Notes: generated by a model from the letters alone, not told the origin. Counted from the first letter of the stretch, positions 7,932 to 17,567 are shown. The stretch: DNA of 64,000 nucleotides from Deltaproteobacteria bacterium (GCA_029210625.1 JARGFU010000001.1:325806-389805), one strand, 5' to 3'. Made by a program: numbers and translations.

Positions 7932-10097
7932 GTGGCTGAAGGCCCGCGCCCCGCAGAGAGCGAGCTGCCCCGGGTGGTCGACTGGACCGAGATCACCCTC
8001 ACCCACCGCTGCAACCAGCGCTGCTTCTTCTGCTACGAGGAGGCCCGGGACAACGCCACCGAGCCCGACCTCGAGCGCGTCAAGGAGCTCCTGCGGGCCA
8101 CCGCCGGCCACGCCGAGCAGGTGGTCCTCTGCGGCAAGGAGATCCTCATGCGGCGCGACGTGCCGCAGATCGTCGCCTACGCCTCCAGCCTCGGCCTGAA
8201 GGCGGTGGTCTTCACGAACGGCCAGGCCCTGGCCCGGGAGGGGGTGGTCGAGGAGCTCGCCGAGGCTGGCTGCGCGGGGGTGGCCGTCTCCTTCCACTTC
8301 CCCGACGCGGAGACCTTCGCCCGCGGCGCGCGGATCAGCCCCAAGGGCTTCGAGCTGATCCTCGCGGGCCTGCGCCGGGTGCGCGACTACAACCTCGCCC
8401 ACCCCGAGCGGCCCCTCCCCATCTCCACCGAGTCCGACGTCTTCGCGCTGAACGTCGGCCGCCTCGAGGAGATGCGCGACACCCTGCGCGAGGCCCTCGA
8501 GGGCGCCCCCTGGCGGATGCGCCTGGCGAGCCTCCTGCCGGCCCGGACCTACGACATCGGCCTGGACCGCGTCCTCGATCCTTTGCCCGCGCGGCGAGAG
8601 GAGATCGCGGCCTTCGTCGAGAGCCAGCCGGAGGGCATCCCCCTGGGCTTCGTGAAGGTGCCCCTCTGCCTCCTGCCCGAGGGGGAGGAGCACCGCTCCC
8701 TCGACGCCCAGTACGTCTACGAGGGCACCCGCCTCACCTTCAACCACGCCGAGGCCGACCGGATCTCCATCGACGAGGCCTCGGCCTCGATCACGCGGGA
8801 CCTCGCGTCGGTGATGCGCCTGCACCCCTACCGGTGGGTCTGCCGCGCCTGCGCGCTGGCCCCCATGTGCCGCTTCGAGCGCGTGCACTGGGATCACCCG
8901 GGCTTCGGCCCCGATCGCGAGCAGCGCCCCACCCCCTATCGCCCGGAGGGCGTCGCCCCGGCGGCCCTCGACGGCCTGCCCCTCCCCACCCGGCGGCGGG
9001 GAGCGGCCGAGGTCCTCGCGCCCCTCGGCGCGAGCACCGACGGGGTGGGGAGGGTCGAGGCCCTGAACACCTTCCTCGGCGGGCTGCGCTATCCGGAGGA
9101 GGAGCTCCTCTCCGCGCTGAAGGAGCTGGACACCGGGTCGATCCGCCTCGTCGACGCCTGGAGCGAGGGCCCGCCGGTGCTGGTCGTGCGCCTGGAGATC
9201 GACGGCGCGCCCCTCGATCTCCACCTCGGCGTGCCCTCCCTGCGCCCGCCCTTCGCCCTGGTCGACTACCTCGACGTGCGGCCCCTGGGCGACGCGCCGC
9301 CCCCGGCGCTCCTCGCGCGGGCCCTGCGCCACCTCGCCACCCTGGTGCCGCCGCCCCCCGAGCGCTGGGCCGAGGACACCTTCTTCGACGATCACCTCGG
9401 GCGCCTCTACGCCGCGCTCTCGCCCCGCCTGGGCGAGGCGCTCTGGCCGGGCCTCGGCGGCCTGGGGCCCTTCGCCAGCGTGGGCCTCTCGGTGGACGAG
9501 GATCGCGGCCTGCACCTCTCCCTCGAGGGCCCGGGCGGAGTGAAGGCCGAGCTCCTCGCCCACGGTGGCGATCGCGCCGGGGCGCCGCCCTCCCTCGGCC
9601 TGGAGGTCGAGGCCGGCGCCGGCGCTGAGGACCTGCGCGCCCTGCTCTCGGCGCTCGGGATCGAGGCCAGCGACCTCTCCGCCTGGCAGGGCGCCGGGGG
9701 CGGCCTCGCCGCCCGGGACGAGGGCGCGGGCTGGCGCGCGCAGGGAGGCGGCGGCCGGGAGGCGCGCGGCGGGGGCGGCGATCCCTCCGGCGCCCTGACC
9801 ATCGAGGTCGCGCCGAAGGAGCGCCCCGAGCCGCGCTACCGCTTCCACGTCGCCCGCTGCCTCCAGGGCCAGTCCTACTTCAAGCGGGTGGGCGACCTGG
9901 GGCTCTGGTACAGCCACGACCACCACGACAAGGTGGCCGAGGTCTGCGCCGGGCCGATCCTCCTGGCCATGGAGGAGCTCGCCGGGACCCCGCCGGGGGC
10001 CGGCACGCTGGAGCGCTGGGCCGAGGGCCTGGAGGCGGCCTCCGTCGCCCGGCGGGTCGGCGGCCGCCTCGACTGGCGGCTGCGCTGGAGCGACTGA
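7932..10097 (+). CDS. radical SAM/SPASM-like enzyme with ~350-aa C-terminal extension (paralog of 55279-56820)
   Basis: CNQRCFFC is a CxxxCxxC motif. FTNG is present. A second CxxCx5C cluster (CRACALAPMC) follows. The C-terminal LSVDE..LHLSLEGPGG motif is shared with the protein encoded at 55279-56820. GTG start lies 4 nt after the upstream stop. Confidence 0.8.
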   Translation: MAEGPRPAESELPRVVDWTEITLTHRCNQRCFFCYEEARDNATEPDLERVKELLRATAGHAEQVVLCGKEILMRRDVPQIVAYASSLGLKAVVFTNGQALAREGVVEELAEAGCAGVAVSFHFPDAETFARGARISPKGFELILAGLRRVRDYNLAHPERPLPISTESDVFALNVGRLEEMRDTLREALEGAPWRMRLASLLPARTYDIGLDRVLDPLPARREEIAAFVESQPEGIPLGFVKVPLCLLPEGEEHRSLDAQYVYEGTRLTFNHAEADRISIDEASASITRDLASVMRLHPYRWVCRACALAPMCRFERVHWDHPGFGPDREQRPTPYRPEGVAPAALDGLPLPTRRRGAAEVLAPLGASTDGVGRVEALNTFLGGLRYPEEELLSALKELDTGSIRLVDAWSEGPPVLVVRLEIDGAPLDLHLGVPSLRPPFALVDYLDVRPLGDAPPPALLARALRHLATLVPPPPERWAEDTFFDDHLGRLYAALSPRLGEALWPGLGGLGPFASVGLSVDEDRGLHLSLEGPGGVKAELLAHGGDRAGAPPSLGLEVEAGAGAEDLRALLSALGIEASDLSAWQGAGGGLAARDEGAGWRAQGGGGREARGGGGDPSGALTIEVAPKERPEPRYRFHVARCLQGQSYFKRVGDLGLWYSHDHHDKVAEVCAGPILLAMEELAGTPPGAGTLERWAEGLEAASVARRVGGRLDWRLRWSD

Positions 10098-10107
10098 GGC
10101 GAGCGCT

Positions 10108-12297
10108 TCAGGCCGGCGAGCCCGGCAGCGCGTAGGGCGCGTGGCGGCTCGCCACCCGGTCGACGGCGCGCAGGAAGCTCTTCACGGTGCGCTGGTGGGC
10201 CTGGCTCTCCAGGGGGGTCTCCTTCACGTAGGAGACCAGGAAGTGCTCGGTGCGGAAGAAGCAGGGCCGCCCGCTGGTCGGGTCGTCGAGCCGGAGCTCG
10301 TAGCGCTGACCCTCGAGGGTGATCGTGAGGGCCACGCTCGCCTCGCCGGTCACCGGGAGGGCCTGGAGCACCTCGAGCCCCGCCACCACCGGGCCGAGCT
10401 TCTCTCGCACCGCCTGCGCCACCCGCTGCAGCACCCGCGCGCGCCGCAGCTCGGCCTGCAGGGCGGGGTCGAGGTCGGCCTCCGGATCCGGATCCCCGGC
10501 GGACGCGGGGTCGGCGGAGGCCTCCTTCGCCTCCTCCCCGGACGCGTCGGTGCGCCAGGCGCGCCGCTCGGCCTCGAGGGCCGCCTCGACCTTCACCCGG
10601 TAGGGCCCCTTCGCCTCCTCGGCCAGCGGCGCGAGCTCGGGCGGGTGGGCCTCGTCGACCCCCGCGGCCTCGCTCGCCGCGCGGACCGCGGCGATGGCCT
10701 CGAGGGCGAAGAGGTCCGGACGATCGAGGGGCAGGCCCTCGGCCTCCCAGCCGCAGATCCTCTCGTAGAGGGCATCCCCATCGAAGAGGGAGTCGGAGTA
10801 CTTGTCCCGCATCGCGGCGGCGCAGAAGCGCACGACCAGGGCGAAGGCCCAGCCGGTGCGCGGATCGAGGAAGCGCCAGGGCAGGAAGGTGTCGAAGGAC
10901 ACGTTGTTCACCGAGGCCTCGTAGAGCAGGGAGAGGTCGGCGAACTGCGTCTGGAGGATGTCCCCCTTCGACTCCGCGAGCTTGGTGATCGGCGAGCCCC
11001 GGTAGAAGAGGATCGGGGTGTAGAGCCAGACCCCCAGGGGCTCGAAGCCGCGCTCGATGGCCCGCTCGATCCCGGTCTCGAACATGTCGAGGGTCGTCCA
11101 GGGCGAGCAGGTGATGTAGCCCCAGGTGGGATCGAACTCGAAGTTGTCGGGGAACTCGGCGGCGAACTCCCGCAGGAAGCGGCTGCCCTCGTCGATCTGC
11201 TGGAGGGTGACGTACTTGTTGAAGAGGATGTTCTCCTCCTCGATGAGGTTCTCGGCCCCCATCCGGAAGAGGAGGACCCCGTGCCCCTTCTCGGCCAGCT
11301 TCGGCAGCGCCTTGCGCAGGGCGGGCTCGACCTGCACCAGCCGGTCGATGCGCGGCTCGAAGCAGAAGGTGGTGGGCCGCAGGGGCAGCGTGCAGACCTG
11401 CTCGGCGAAGCGCTCGAGCTGGGTGAAGAGGCGGATGTCGAGGAGGTCGATGTAGCCCTGGTGGCGGCCGTCCTCGCCGCCCGTCTCCACCAGCCGCCGC
11501 AGCTGCACCATGGCCGCCTCGACCGGATCGGCGTGCATGTCGCTCGTGGGTCCGCGGTACCAGGTGCAGTAGGAGCAGCCGTGATCGTGCTGGCAGTCCG
11601 AGAGATCGAGCCCCTCGAAGTAGGGGTTGTCCTTCACGGTGCGGAAGTGGTCGCAGGTGACGCCGCCGACCAGGGGGAGGTGCGGGGCGTAGGCGCGCGA
11701 GCGCTCGTTCGCCATGATCACGTCGAAGGAGGGCTCGAAGGTCCCCAGGAAGTACTTGCCGAAGTCCGGGTTGGTGGCCGGGTCCTCGCCCATCCACCGC
11801 AGGAGCCAGTCGGTGCGGCTCTGCATCCAGTTGAAGAGGGTGCCGCCGAGCTTCTCGTAGAGCCGCTTGTCCGCGTCGCTCATCCCGAGGGCGTCGAGGT
11901 CCTCGGTGACCATCGACTCGGGGCGCCAGAGGGGCACGACCCCCGGCGGCGCCGAGTGGTCCGAGACGCTGGCCAGCGCGACCTCCCCGGCCTCCCGGAG
12001 GACCTCCAGGGTGGCCTCGGTGACCGGGTGGCTCATCAGGACGTGGGTCGGCTCGAGCTCGCGCAGGTGCCGGCGCAGGGTCTCCAGGTCCTCGGGCGGG
12101 AGGTCGATCAGCTGCAGGACCTCCTTCTCCCCCACCTTCACGATGGAGATCTGGGCGCCGAAGCAGAGCCAGCGGGCCTCCTGGCCGTAGGCCTCGAAGC
12201 CGCCCTTGATCAGGGGGTAGAGCCGGCTGTCGAAGACCCACCGCTCGTGGGTCACGAACTCCAGCATGAGGAGCCGGCGCTCCCCAGTGCCGGGCAT
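10108..12297 (-). CDS. B12-binding-like N-domain + putative radical-SAM-like core with atypical Cx5Cx2C triad
   Basis: The N-terminus resembles a cobalamin-binding domain. A cysteine triad CQHDHGCSYC is present. ATG at 12297 is preceded by an AAGGAAAGG RBS. Convergent with the rSAM gene at 7932. Confidence 0.65.
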   Translation of the reverse strand: MPGTGERRLLMLEFVTHERWVFDSRLYPLIKGGFEAYGQEARWLCFGAQISIVKVGEKEVLQLIDLPPEDLETLRRHLRELEPTHVLMSHPVTEATLEVLREAGEVALASVSDHSAPPGVVPLWRPESMVTEDLDALGMSDADKRLYEKLGGTLFNWMQSRTDWLLRWMGEDPATNPDFGKYFLGTFEPSFDVIMANERSRAYAPHLPLVGGVTCDHFRTVKDNPYFEGLDLSDCQHDHGCSYCTWYRGPTSDMHADPVEAAMVQLRRLVETGGEDGRHQGYIDLLDIRLFTQLERFAEQVCTLPLRPTTFCFEPRIDRLVQVEPALRKALPKLAEKGHGVLLFRMGAENLIEEENILFNKYVTLQQIDEGSRFLREFAAEFPDNFEFDPTWGYITCSPWTTLDMFETGIERAIERGFEPLGVWLYTPILFYRGSPITKLAESKGDILQTQFADLSLLYEASVNNVSFDTFLPWRFLDPRTGWAFALVVRFCAAAMRDKYSDSLFDGDALYERICGWEAEGLPLDRPDLFALEAIAAVRAASEAAGVDEAHPPELAPLAEEAKGPYRVKVEAALEAERRAWRTDASGEEAKEASADPASAGDPDPEADLDPALQAELRRARVLQRVAQAVREKLGPVVAGLEVLQALPVTGEASVALTITLEGQRYELRLDDPTSGRPCFFRTEHFLVSYVKETPLESQAHQRTVKSFLRAVDRVASRHAPYALPGSPA

Positions 12298-12340
12298 CCT
12301 TTCCTTGGAACACATCCCCTGCACCTCACCAGAAGCAGCG

Positions 12341-12366
12341 GGAAAAGAAAAGCGAAGCCTGCCTCG
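12341..12366 (-). terminator. intrinsic terminator candidate (CGAGG-cagg-CUUCG followed by CUUUUCUUUUCC)
   Basis: The only T-rich run in the region. It lies directly 3' of the dehydrogenase gene stop at 12378 on the minus strand. Confidence 0.5.
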
Positions 12367-12377
12367 AGCGCGTCGGG

Positions 12378-13250
12378 CTAGCTGCGTGCGGCCCGGATGG
12401 CCTCGAAGACGGCCGAGAAGTCGGCGTCCCCGTGGCCCTCCTGCTGGGCGATCGAGAGGTAGTGCTCGACCGCGCGGGTGATCAGCAGGGGCAGGGTGGC
12501 GTGGCGGGCGGCGCCGTCGATCAGGCGGGCGTCCTTGCGGGCCAGGCGCAGCGGGAAGGAGGTCGGGTAGTCCCGCGCCAGCATCGCCTCGCCCTTCATC
12601 CGGGCGTAGGGCAGGTCGAGCGCCCCTCCCTCGATGGCCTCGAAGAAGAGCGCGGGATCGAGCTCGAGCTCGCCGGCGAGGGCCAGGCTCTCGCCGAGGA
12701 CGCCGGTGAGCCCGACGATCCAGTTGTTCACCACCAGCTTCAGGCGGGTGCCGGCGCCGGCCTCCCCCACCCAGAGGGTGCGGCTGCCCACCGCCTCGAA
12801 GATCGGCGCGGCGCGCTCGCGCGTGGAGGCCTCGCCGGAGGCGAGGAGGGTCAGCGTCCCGGCCTCGGCCGGAGCCCGGGTGCCCAGGACCGGCGCGTCG
12901 ACGAAGGCGACCCCGTGCTCCCGGGCGAGGAGGGAGAGCTCGGTCACCTCGGGCACCCCCACCGTCGCCGACTGGATCCAGAGGACCCCTGGCGCCAGGC
13001 CGGCGACGCGCTCGGCGTTCATCACCTCGCGGGTGGCCGGGCCGTCGGCGAGGAGGGTGAGCACCACCGTGGCGCCCTCCAGGGCCTCCTCGATCGAGGC
13101 GGAGACCACGGCTCCGTCCGCGGCGAGGCTGGCCGCCTTCTCCGGGGTGCGGTTCCAGACTCGCAGGGGGTGGCCGGCCTTCAGGAGGTTGCGCCCCATG
13201 GCCGCGCCCATGATCCCGGTTCCGAGGAGAGCGACGCTTTCCTTCGTCAT
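12378..13250 (-). CDS. NAD(P)-dependent 3-hydroxyisobutyrate/6-phosphogluconate dehydrogenase-family oxidoreductase
   Basis: ALLGTGIMG Rossmann motif and the family-typical mid and C-terminal blocks. Start MTKESVALLG at 13250. Confidence 0.85.
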   Translation of the reverse strand: MTKESVALLGTGIMGAAMGRNLLKAGHPLRVWNRTPEKAASLAADGAVVSASIEEALEGATVVLTLLADGPATREVMNAERVAGLAPGVLWIQSATVGVPEVTELSLLAREHGVAFVDAPVLGTRAPAEAGTLTLLASGEASTRERAAPIFEAVGSRTLWVGEAGAGTRLKLVVNNWIVGLTGVLGESLALAGELELDPALFFEAIEGGALDLPYARMKGEAMLARDYPTSFPLRLARKDARLIDGAARHATLPLLITRAVEHYLSIAQQEGHGDADFSAVFEAIRAARS

Positions 13251-13257
13251 GGTCGAA

Positions 13258-13803
13258 CTACGACTGGCCGTCGGCCTGGGTGTCACGGGAGATCACCAGC
13301 TCGATGGTGATGGTCCCCCGGTAGGTGCGGAGTCGATCGGTGGCGTCGCGGTTGCCCAGCCCGGTCAGGGTCAGGCCGGGATCCGACAGGTGCCAGATCA
13401 GGCGCCGGGCCTCACCCTGCCCCGAGAACTGGAACCAGCTCGTGCCGCTCTGGCCCTCGCCCTGACACTTGTAGGCCGCGCGGCCCTTGGTGCAGGTCGC
13501 GCGATAGGTCATCAGCTCGAGGGACTCCTTCTGGGTGGTCACCATGCGCAGCTCGCAGGTGCCTCCCTTGCCCTCGGTGAAGGCGACCTCCATGGCCTCG
13601 TAGCGCGGCCAGACCGGGGCCGGCGGCAGGCGCTGGAAGTAGGCGCGGCCGGCCTCGGCGCAGAGGCTCTTGGGGGCCTGGGTCCGGGGACGCTTCGCCT
13701 TCTTCCCGCCGGCGGCCGAGGCCGAGAGCGGCAGCGCGAGCGTCATCGCCAGGAGGAGGCTCACGCCGAGCCGTCTGCTGCAGAGCACCATCGCTCGATC
13801 CAT
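13258..13803 (-). CDS. secreted hypothetical protein
   Basis: N-terminal signal peptide (LLLAMTLALPLSASAAG). Sits between operon neighbours on the same strand. Confidence 0.5.
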   Translation of the reverse strand: MDRAMVLCSRRLGVSLLLAMTLALPLSASAAGGKKAKRPRTQAPKSLCAEAGRAYFQRLPPAPVWPRYEAMEVAFTEGKGGTCELRMVTTQKESLELMTYRATCTKGRAAYKCQGEGQSGTSWFQFSGQGEARRLIWHLSDPGLTLTGLGNRDATDRLRTYRGTITIELVISRDTQADGQS

Positions 13804-13831
13804 ACCGGATCCCGGAGAAGATCGCACCCAC

Positions 13832-15355
13832 CTACGAGAGCGGAACCTCCAGCATCCCCCGGGCGACCTTCAGGGCCATCGCCATGATGGTCAGCTGCGG
13901 GTTCACCCCGAGGGAGCTCGGCACGATGCTGCCGTCGGCCACGTAGAGGTCCTCGAGGCCCCAGAGCTTGCCCTGCTCGTCGACCACCGAGCTCTTCTCG
14001 CTCTCGCCCATCCGGCAGGTGCCCAGGGGGTGCTGGGAGCTGCACTCGAGGTCCCGGGGCTTCACCTTCTCGAGGTCGAGGGAGCGGAAGCGCTCGGGGC
14101 TGACGCCCCCCAGCCCCAGGATGGGCAGGAAGAGCTCCTTCGCCCCGGCGGCGAGGTAGATCTCGCCCATCTCCCGCAGGATCTTGGGCACCACCGCGAG
14201 GTCCTCGGGCGCCATCCGGTAGGTCACGAAGGGCTCGCGGCCCAACCCCCGCCGCACCCGGCCGCCGCCCTCGTCGTGGATGATCCCGCCGAAGACCGCC
14301 AGGTTGGGGATGTGCCGGGCGTGGTGCAGGTGCCCCGGCCCGACCCCCGGCAGGGTCGCCGCCAGCACCCCCGGCGGCAGGAAGAGGCCGATCATGGTGA
14401 AGCGCTCGTGCTCGAAGGCGTCGCTGTAGGCCGCCTGGAGCGAGCCCGCCCAGCCCCGCACCGGCTCGTCGAAGCGGGCCATCACCCGGAAGCCCGGGTG
14501 GAGGGTCATGTTGCGGCCGACCTGCCCCGAGGGCCCGACCAGGCCGCTCTTCTGGAGCACGAGGGGGCCGTGGTAGGAGCCGGCGGCGAGCACCACCCGC
14601 CGGGCCTTCACGCGCAGGCGCCCCCGCGGCGCGTCGCCTCGCCCGCCGAGGAGGCGGCCCACCACCCCGGTGGCCCTTCCCTTGGCGTGGGTGATCTTCT
14701 CGACCAGGCAGCCCGAGTGGATCCGGGCGCCGGCGGCCACCGCCCGCGGCAGATAGTTCAGGTCGACCGAGCGCTTGGCCTGGTGAGGGCAGCCGAAGTT
14801 GCAGCGCCCGCAGCCATGACACCCCTCGGTGTTGCGGCGGATGGGCTCGAGGGGGTGCCCGCGGGCGGCCGCGCCCTTGCCGAAGAGCAGGGTGCTGCCC
14901 GAGCGCATCTCCTCGGGGACCGTCTCGACGTGGATCGCCTTCTCGACCTCCTCGAAGTAGGGCTCGAGGGCCCTCGAGGACAGGCCCTTCAGGCGCCGCT
15001 CCTTCACCCAGGTGTCGGTGATGTGCTCGGGGGTGCGGAAGCAGACGCCGCCGGTGATCACCGAGGAGCCTCCGACGCAGCGGCCCATGGTCACGTTGAT
15101 GAAGGGGGAGCGCCCGACGCCCAGGGCGAAGGTGGTGCCGCCGCCCCGGAAGAGCGCCTGCATCGACTCGAGGGTGCTGTAGCCGGCGTACTCGGAGGCG
15201 GGGACGTGGCCGCCCTCCTCCAGGACGATCACGTCCTGCCCGGCCTCGGCGGCCTCGGCGGCGACCACCGCGCCCCCGGCCCCCGAGCCGATGATCACCA
15301 GATCGCAGGAGAGCTCGAGGTCACCCGCGTGCGCCCGCCCGTCGTGGACCTTCAC
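13832..15355 (-). CDS. GMC-family FAD-dependent oxidoreductase
   Basis: DLVIIGSGAGG FAD motif and C-terminal GMC signature blocks. GTG start at 15355 with an AGGAAGGGG RBS. GTGA overlap with the upstream gene. Confidence 0.85.
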   Translation of the reverse strand: MKVHDGRAHAGDLELSCDLVIIGSGAGGAVVAAEAAEAGQDVIVLEEGGHVPASEYAGYSTLESMQALFRGGGTTFALGVGRSPFINVTMGRCVGGSSVITGGVCFRTPEHITDTWVKERRLKGLSSRALEPYFEEVEKAIHVETVPEEMRSGSTLLFGKGAAARGHPLEPIRRNTEGCHGCGRCNFGCPHQAKRSVDLNYLPRAVAAGARIHSGCLVEKITHAKGRATGVVGRLLGGRGDAPRGRLRVKARRVVLAAGSYHGPLVLQKSGLVGPSGQVGRNMTLHPGFRVMARFDEPVRGWAGSLQAAYSDAFEHERFTMIGLFLPPGVLAATLPGVGPGHLHHARHIPNLAVFGGIIHDEGGGRVRRGLGREPFVTYRMAPEDLAVVPKILREMGEIYLAAGAKELFLPILGLGGVSPERFRSLDLEKVKPRDLECSSQHPLGTCRMGESEKSSVVDEQGKLWGLEDLYVADGSIVPSSLGVNPQLTIMAMALKVARGMLEVPLS

Positions 15356-15786
15356 GGAGACGCCCCTTCCTGCGGCCGCGCCTCGTCCCCCTCCGCGAGC
15401 AGGCAGCGGGCGTCGAAGCCGATCTCCCTGGCGGCCGAGGGCTCCTCCCAGTAGGCGGTGCAGAGCATGGCCTTCAGGCCCCACATCACCGCCGCCAGGG
15501 GGCCGGACTCCAGGCGCTCCAGGGCGTGGATCCGCCGCTCGAGGGGCAGGCGGGCGAGGCCCGGCAGGCGGAAGATCAGGAGCGGCGCCACGAGCCCGGC
15601 CACCCGCAGCATCCAGCGGTAGAGGCGCAGGGTGCTCGGGCCCGCGGCGAGGAGGAAGCCCTCGAGGGCATCGACCACGAAGGTGACCCGCGCGGGGGGC
15701 GGGGCCCCCTCCTCGCTCGCGAAGAGGGCCTCGGTCACGGCCTCGGCGGTGCGGCGCTGGCCGCGAGAGAGGACGGTGCTCGCCAT
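15352..15786 (-). CDS. small hypothetical protein translationally coupled to GMC oxidoreductase
   Basis: 4-bp overlap (GTGA) with the GMC gene start. Hydrophobic central segment. Confidence 0.45.
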   Translation of the reverse strand: MASTVLSRGQRRTAEAVTEALFASEEGAPPPARVTFVVDALEGFLLAAGPSTLRLYRWMLRVAGLVAPLLIFRLPGLARLPLERRIHALERLESGPLAAVMWGLKAMLCTAYWEEPSAAREIGFDARCLLAEGDEARPQEGASP

Positions 15787-15840
15787 CGCAGGATCGAGGT
15801 TACCCGGGACCCGCGCGCGGCGATAGACGCGCGTCCGACC

Positions 15841-16986
15841 TCAGAAGAGCTGGAGGAGGGTCACGTCCTCCTCGAGGTCGCCGCCGCGGTAGACGTGCAG
15901 CTGCGCCTGCTCCTCCCCCACGGTGGGGGTCACGATCAGCAGCTCGTCCTGGCCGTCCTGATCGAGATCGCCGTGGTGGAGATCCACCGGCGGGCCGGGC
16001 AGCTCGAGGTCCGCCGGGCGCAGGAAGCTCCCGCCCCCGCTCCCCAGGTAGATCCACACCCGGTGATCGGCCGAGCCCACCGCGAGGTCGTCGTGCCCGT
16101 CGCCGTCGGCGTCGAGGACCTCGAGGCTGATCGGATCGAGCTCGGGCAGCGAGGCGGTGAAGATCTGGTCGTAGGCGCCGCCGTCGGCGAGGACCACGCC
16201 GAGGATCCCCGGGGCGGCGAAGACCAGGTCGAGGAGGCCGTCCCCGTCCACCTCGGCGGCCCCCAGCACCGAGGCCAGCTCGATCCCCGGCGGCAGGGCG
16301 AGGGGGGTGAAGGCCCCGGTGTCCGAGCCGAAGAGGAGCACCCCCTCGGTGCCGGTGAGCAGCTCGCGGGTGGCGATGAGGTCGTCGGTGCCGTCCCGGT
16401 CGAGGTCCACCGCCCGCGGCGCCGGCGGCACCCCGAGGCGGGGCGGACGGGGCAGCTGGACCGAGTCCAGGCCCGGCCCGGGGTAGTGGTCGCTCACCAG
16501 GGCGCCGGCGACCAGGAGGTCGTCATCCCCGTCCCCGTTGAAGTCCCCGGCCACGAAGGCCCCGCAGTCCTGGCAGCGCGCCACCCGGCCGTCGGGCGGG
16601 ACCGAGAAGCCCTCGCCCCTCGGATCCGTCAGGAGCGCGACCCCGGACGAGAGGAGCACCGCCACGGTCGGCCCCCGGGCGCTGCGGTTCAGGGCCTGCA
16701 GATCGATGACCTGCTCGCTGGTGTCCAGGCGCAGGCGCAGGGCGATCCCCAGGCGGCCGTCCCCCTGGTTGGTGCGCATCGAGATGGGGGTGTCGGAGTC
16801 CGAGCCCACCACCACGTCCAGCCAGCCGTCAGCGTTCAGGTCGCTCGCGTGCACCGAGGTGGGCCGGTCGGCGAGGATCCGGGCCCGCTGCACCCGCTCG
16901 AAGAGCCCCTCGGGGGGGTGCGGGCAGGCCACGGCGAGCAGGAGGCTCCCCCCCAGCGCCAGAGAGGCGATAGAACGCCCGATCAT
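15841..16986 (-). CDS. FG-GAP/VCBS repeat lipoprotein
   Basis: Repeats of the form DLNADGWLDVVVG, DFNGDGDDDLLVAG and DADGDGHDDLAVG. Signal MIGRSIASLALGGSLLLAVAC. An alternative ATG lies at 17017. Confidence 0.7.
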   Translation of the reverse strand: MIGRSIASLALGGSLLLAVACPHPPEGLFERVQRARILADRPTSVHASDLNADGWLDVVVGSDSDTPISMRTNQGDGRLGIALRLRLDTSEQVIDLQALNRSARGPTVAVLLSSGVALLTDPRGEGFSVPPDGRVARCQDCGAFVAGDFNGDGDDDLLVAGALVSDHYPGPGLDSVQLPRPPRLGVPPAPRAVDLDRDGTDDLIATRELLTGTEGVLLFGSDTGAFTPLALPPGIELASVLGAAEVDGDGLLDLVFAAPGILGVVLADGGAYDQIFTASLPELDPISLEVLDADGDGHDDLAVGSADHRVWIYLGSGGGSFLRPADLELPGPPVDLHHGDLDQDGQDELLIVTPTVGEEQAQLHVYRGGDLEEDVTLLQLF

Positions 16987-17512
16987 GCTGCAGTCCTTCA
17001 GAGACATCTTCCCGACGGTCGATTCTAGCGCGTTCGTGCACGAGCGCTCCTTTCTGGCCGGCGACGTGGTGGTCGGCCCCGAGAGCAGCATCTGGCCGGG
17101 GGCGTCGATCCGCGGCGACGTCGGCCCGATCCGGATCGGCGCCCGGACCAACATCCAGGACAACGCGGTGGTGCACGTCACCGGGGGCCGCTCCCCCACC
17201 CTGATCGGGGACCGGGTCACCGTGGGTCACCTGGCGCTGCTCCACGGCTGCCAGGTCGGCGACGACTGCCTCATCGGCATGGGGTCCATCCTCCTGGACG
17301 ACGCCAAGATCTCGCCCTGGAGCTACGTGGCCGCCGGCAGCCTGGTCACCCCGGGGAAGGTCTTCCCCGAGGGGGTGATGATCATGGGCCGGCCGGCCCG
17401 GGTGGTGCGGGAGCTCACCGAGCTGGACCGCCAGGAGATCGTCCAGGGGGCCCTCAACTACCTGGAGCTCCTGCCGGCCTACGCCCTCCCGGGCACCTCT
17501 TCTGCCCGCTGA
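16985..17512 (+). CDS. gamma-class carbonic anhydrase family protein (hexapeptide repeat, YrdA/PaaY-like)
   Basis: MLQSFRDIFPTVDSSAFVHE...SSIWPGASIRGDV aligns to YrdA-type gamma-CA proteins. The start ATG is embedded in a CATG shared with the divergent gene. Confidence 0.85.
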   Translation: MLQSFRDIFPTVDSSAFVHERSFLAGDVVVGPESSIWPGASIRGDVGPIRIGARTNIQDNAVVHVTGGRSPTLIGDRVTVGHLALLHGCQVGDDCLIGMGSILLDDAKISPWSYVAAGSLVTPGKVFPEGVMIMGRPARVVRELTELDRQEIVQGALNYLELLPAYALPGTSSAR

Positions 17513-17567
17513 TTTCCTCGGCGTCCGGTGGTATAGCCCGGTGCCTTCCCCCTTCGAGGAACCCACC

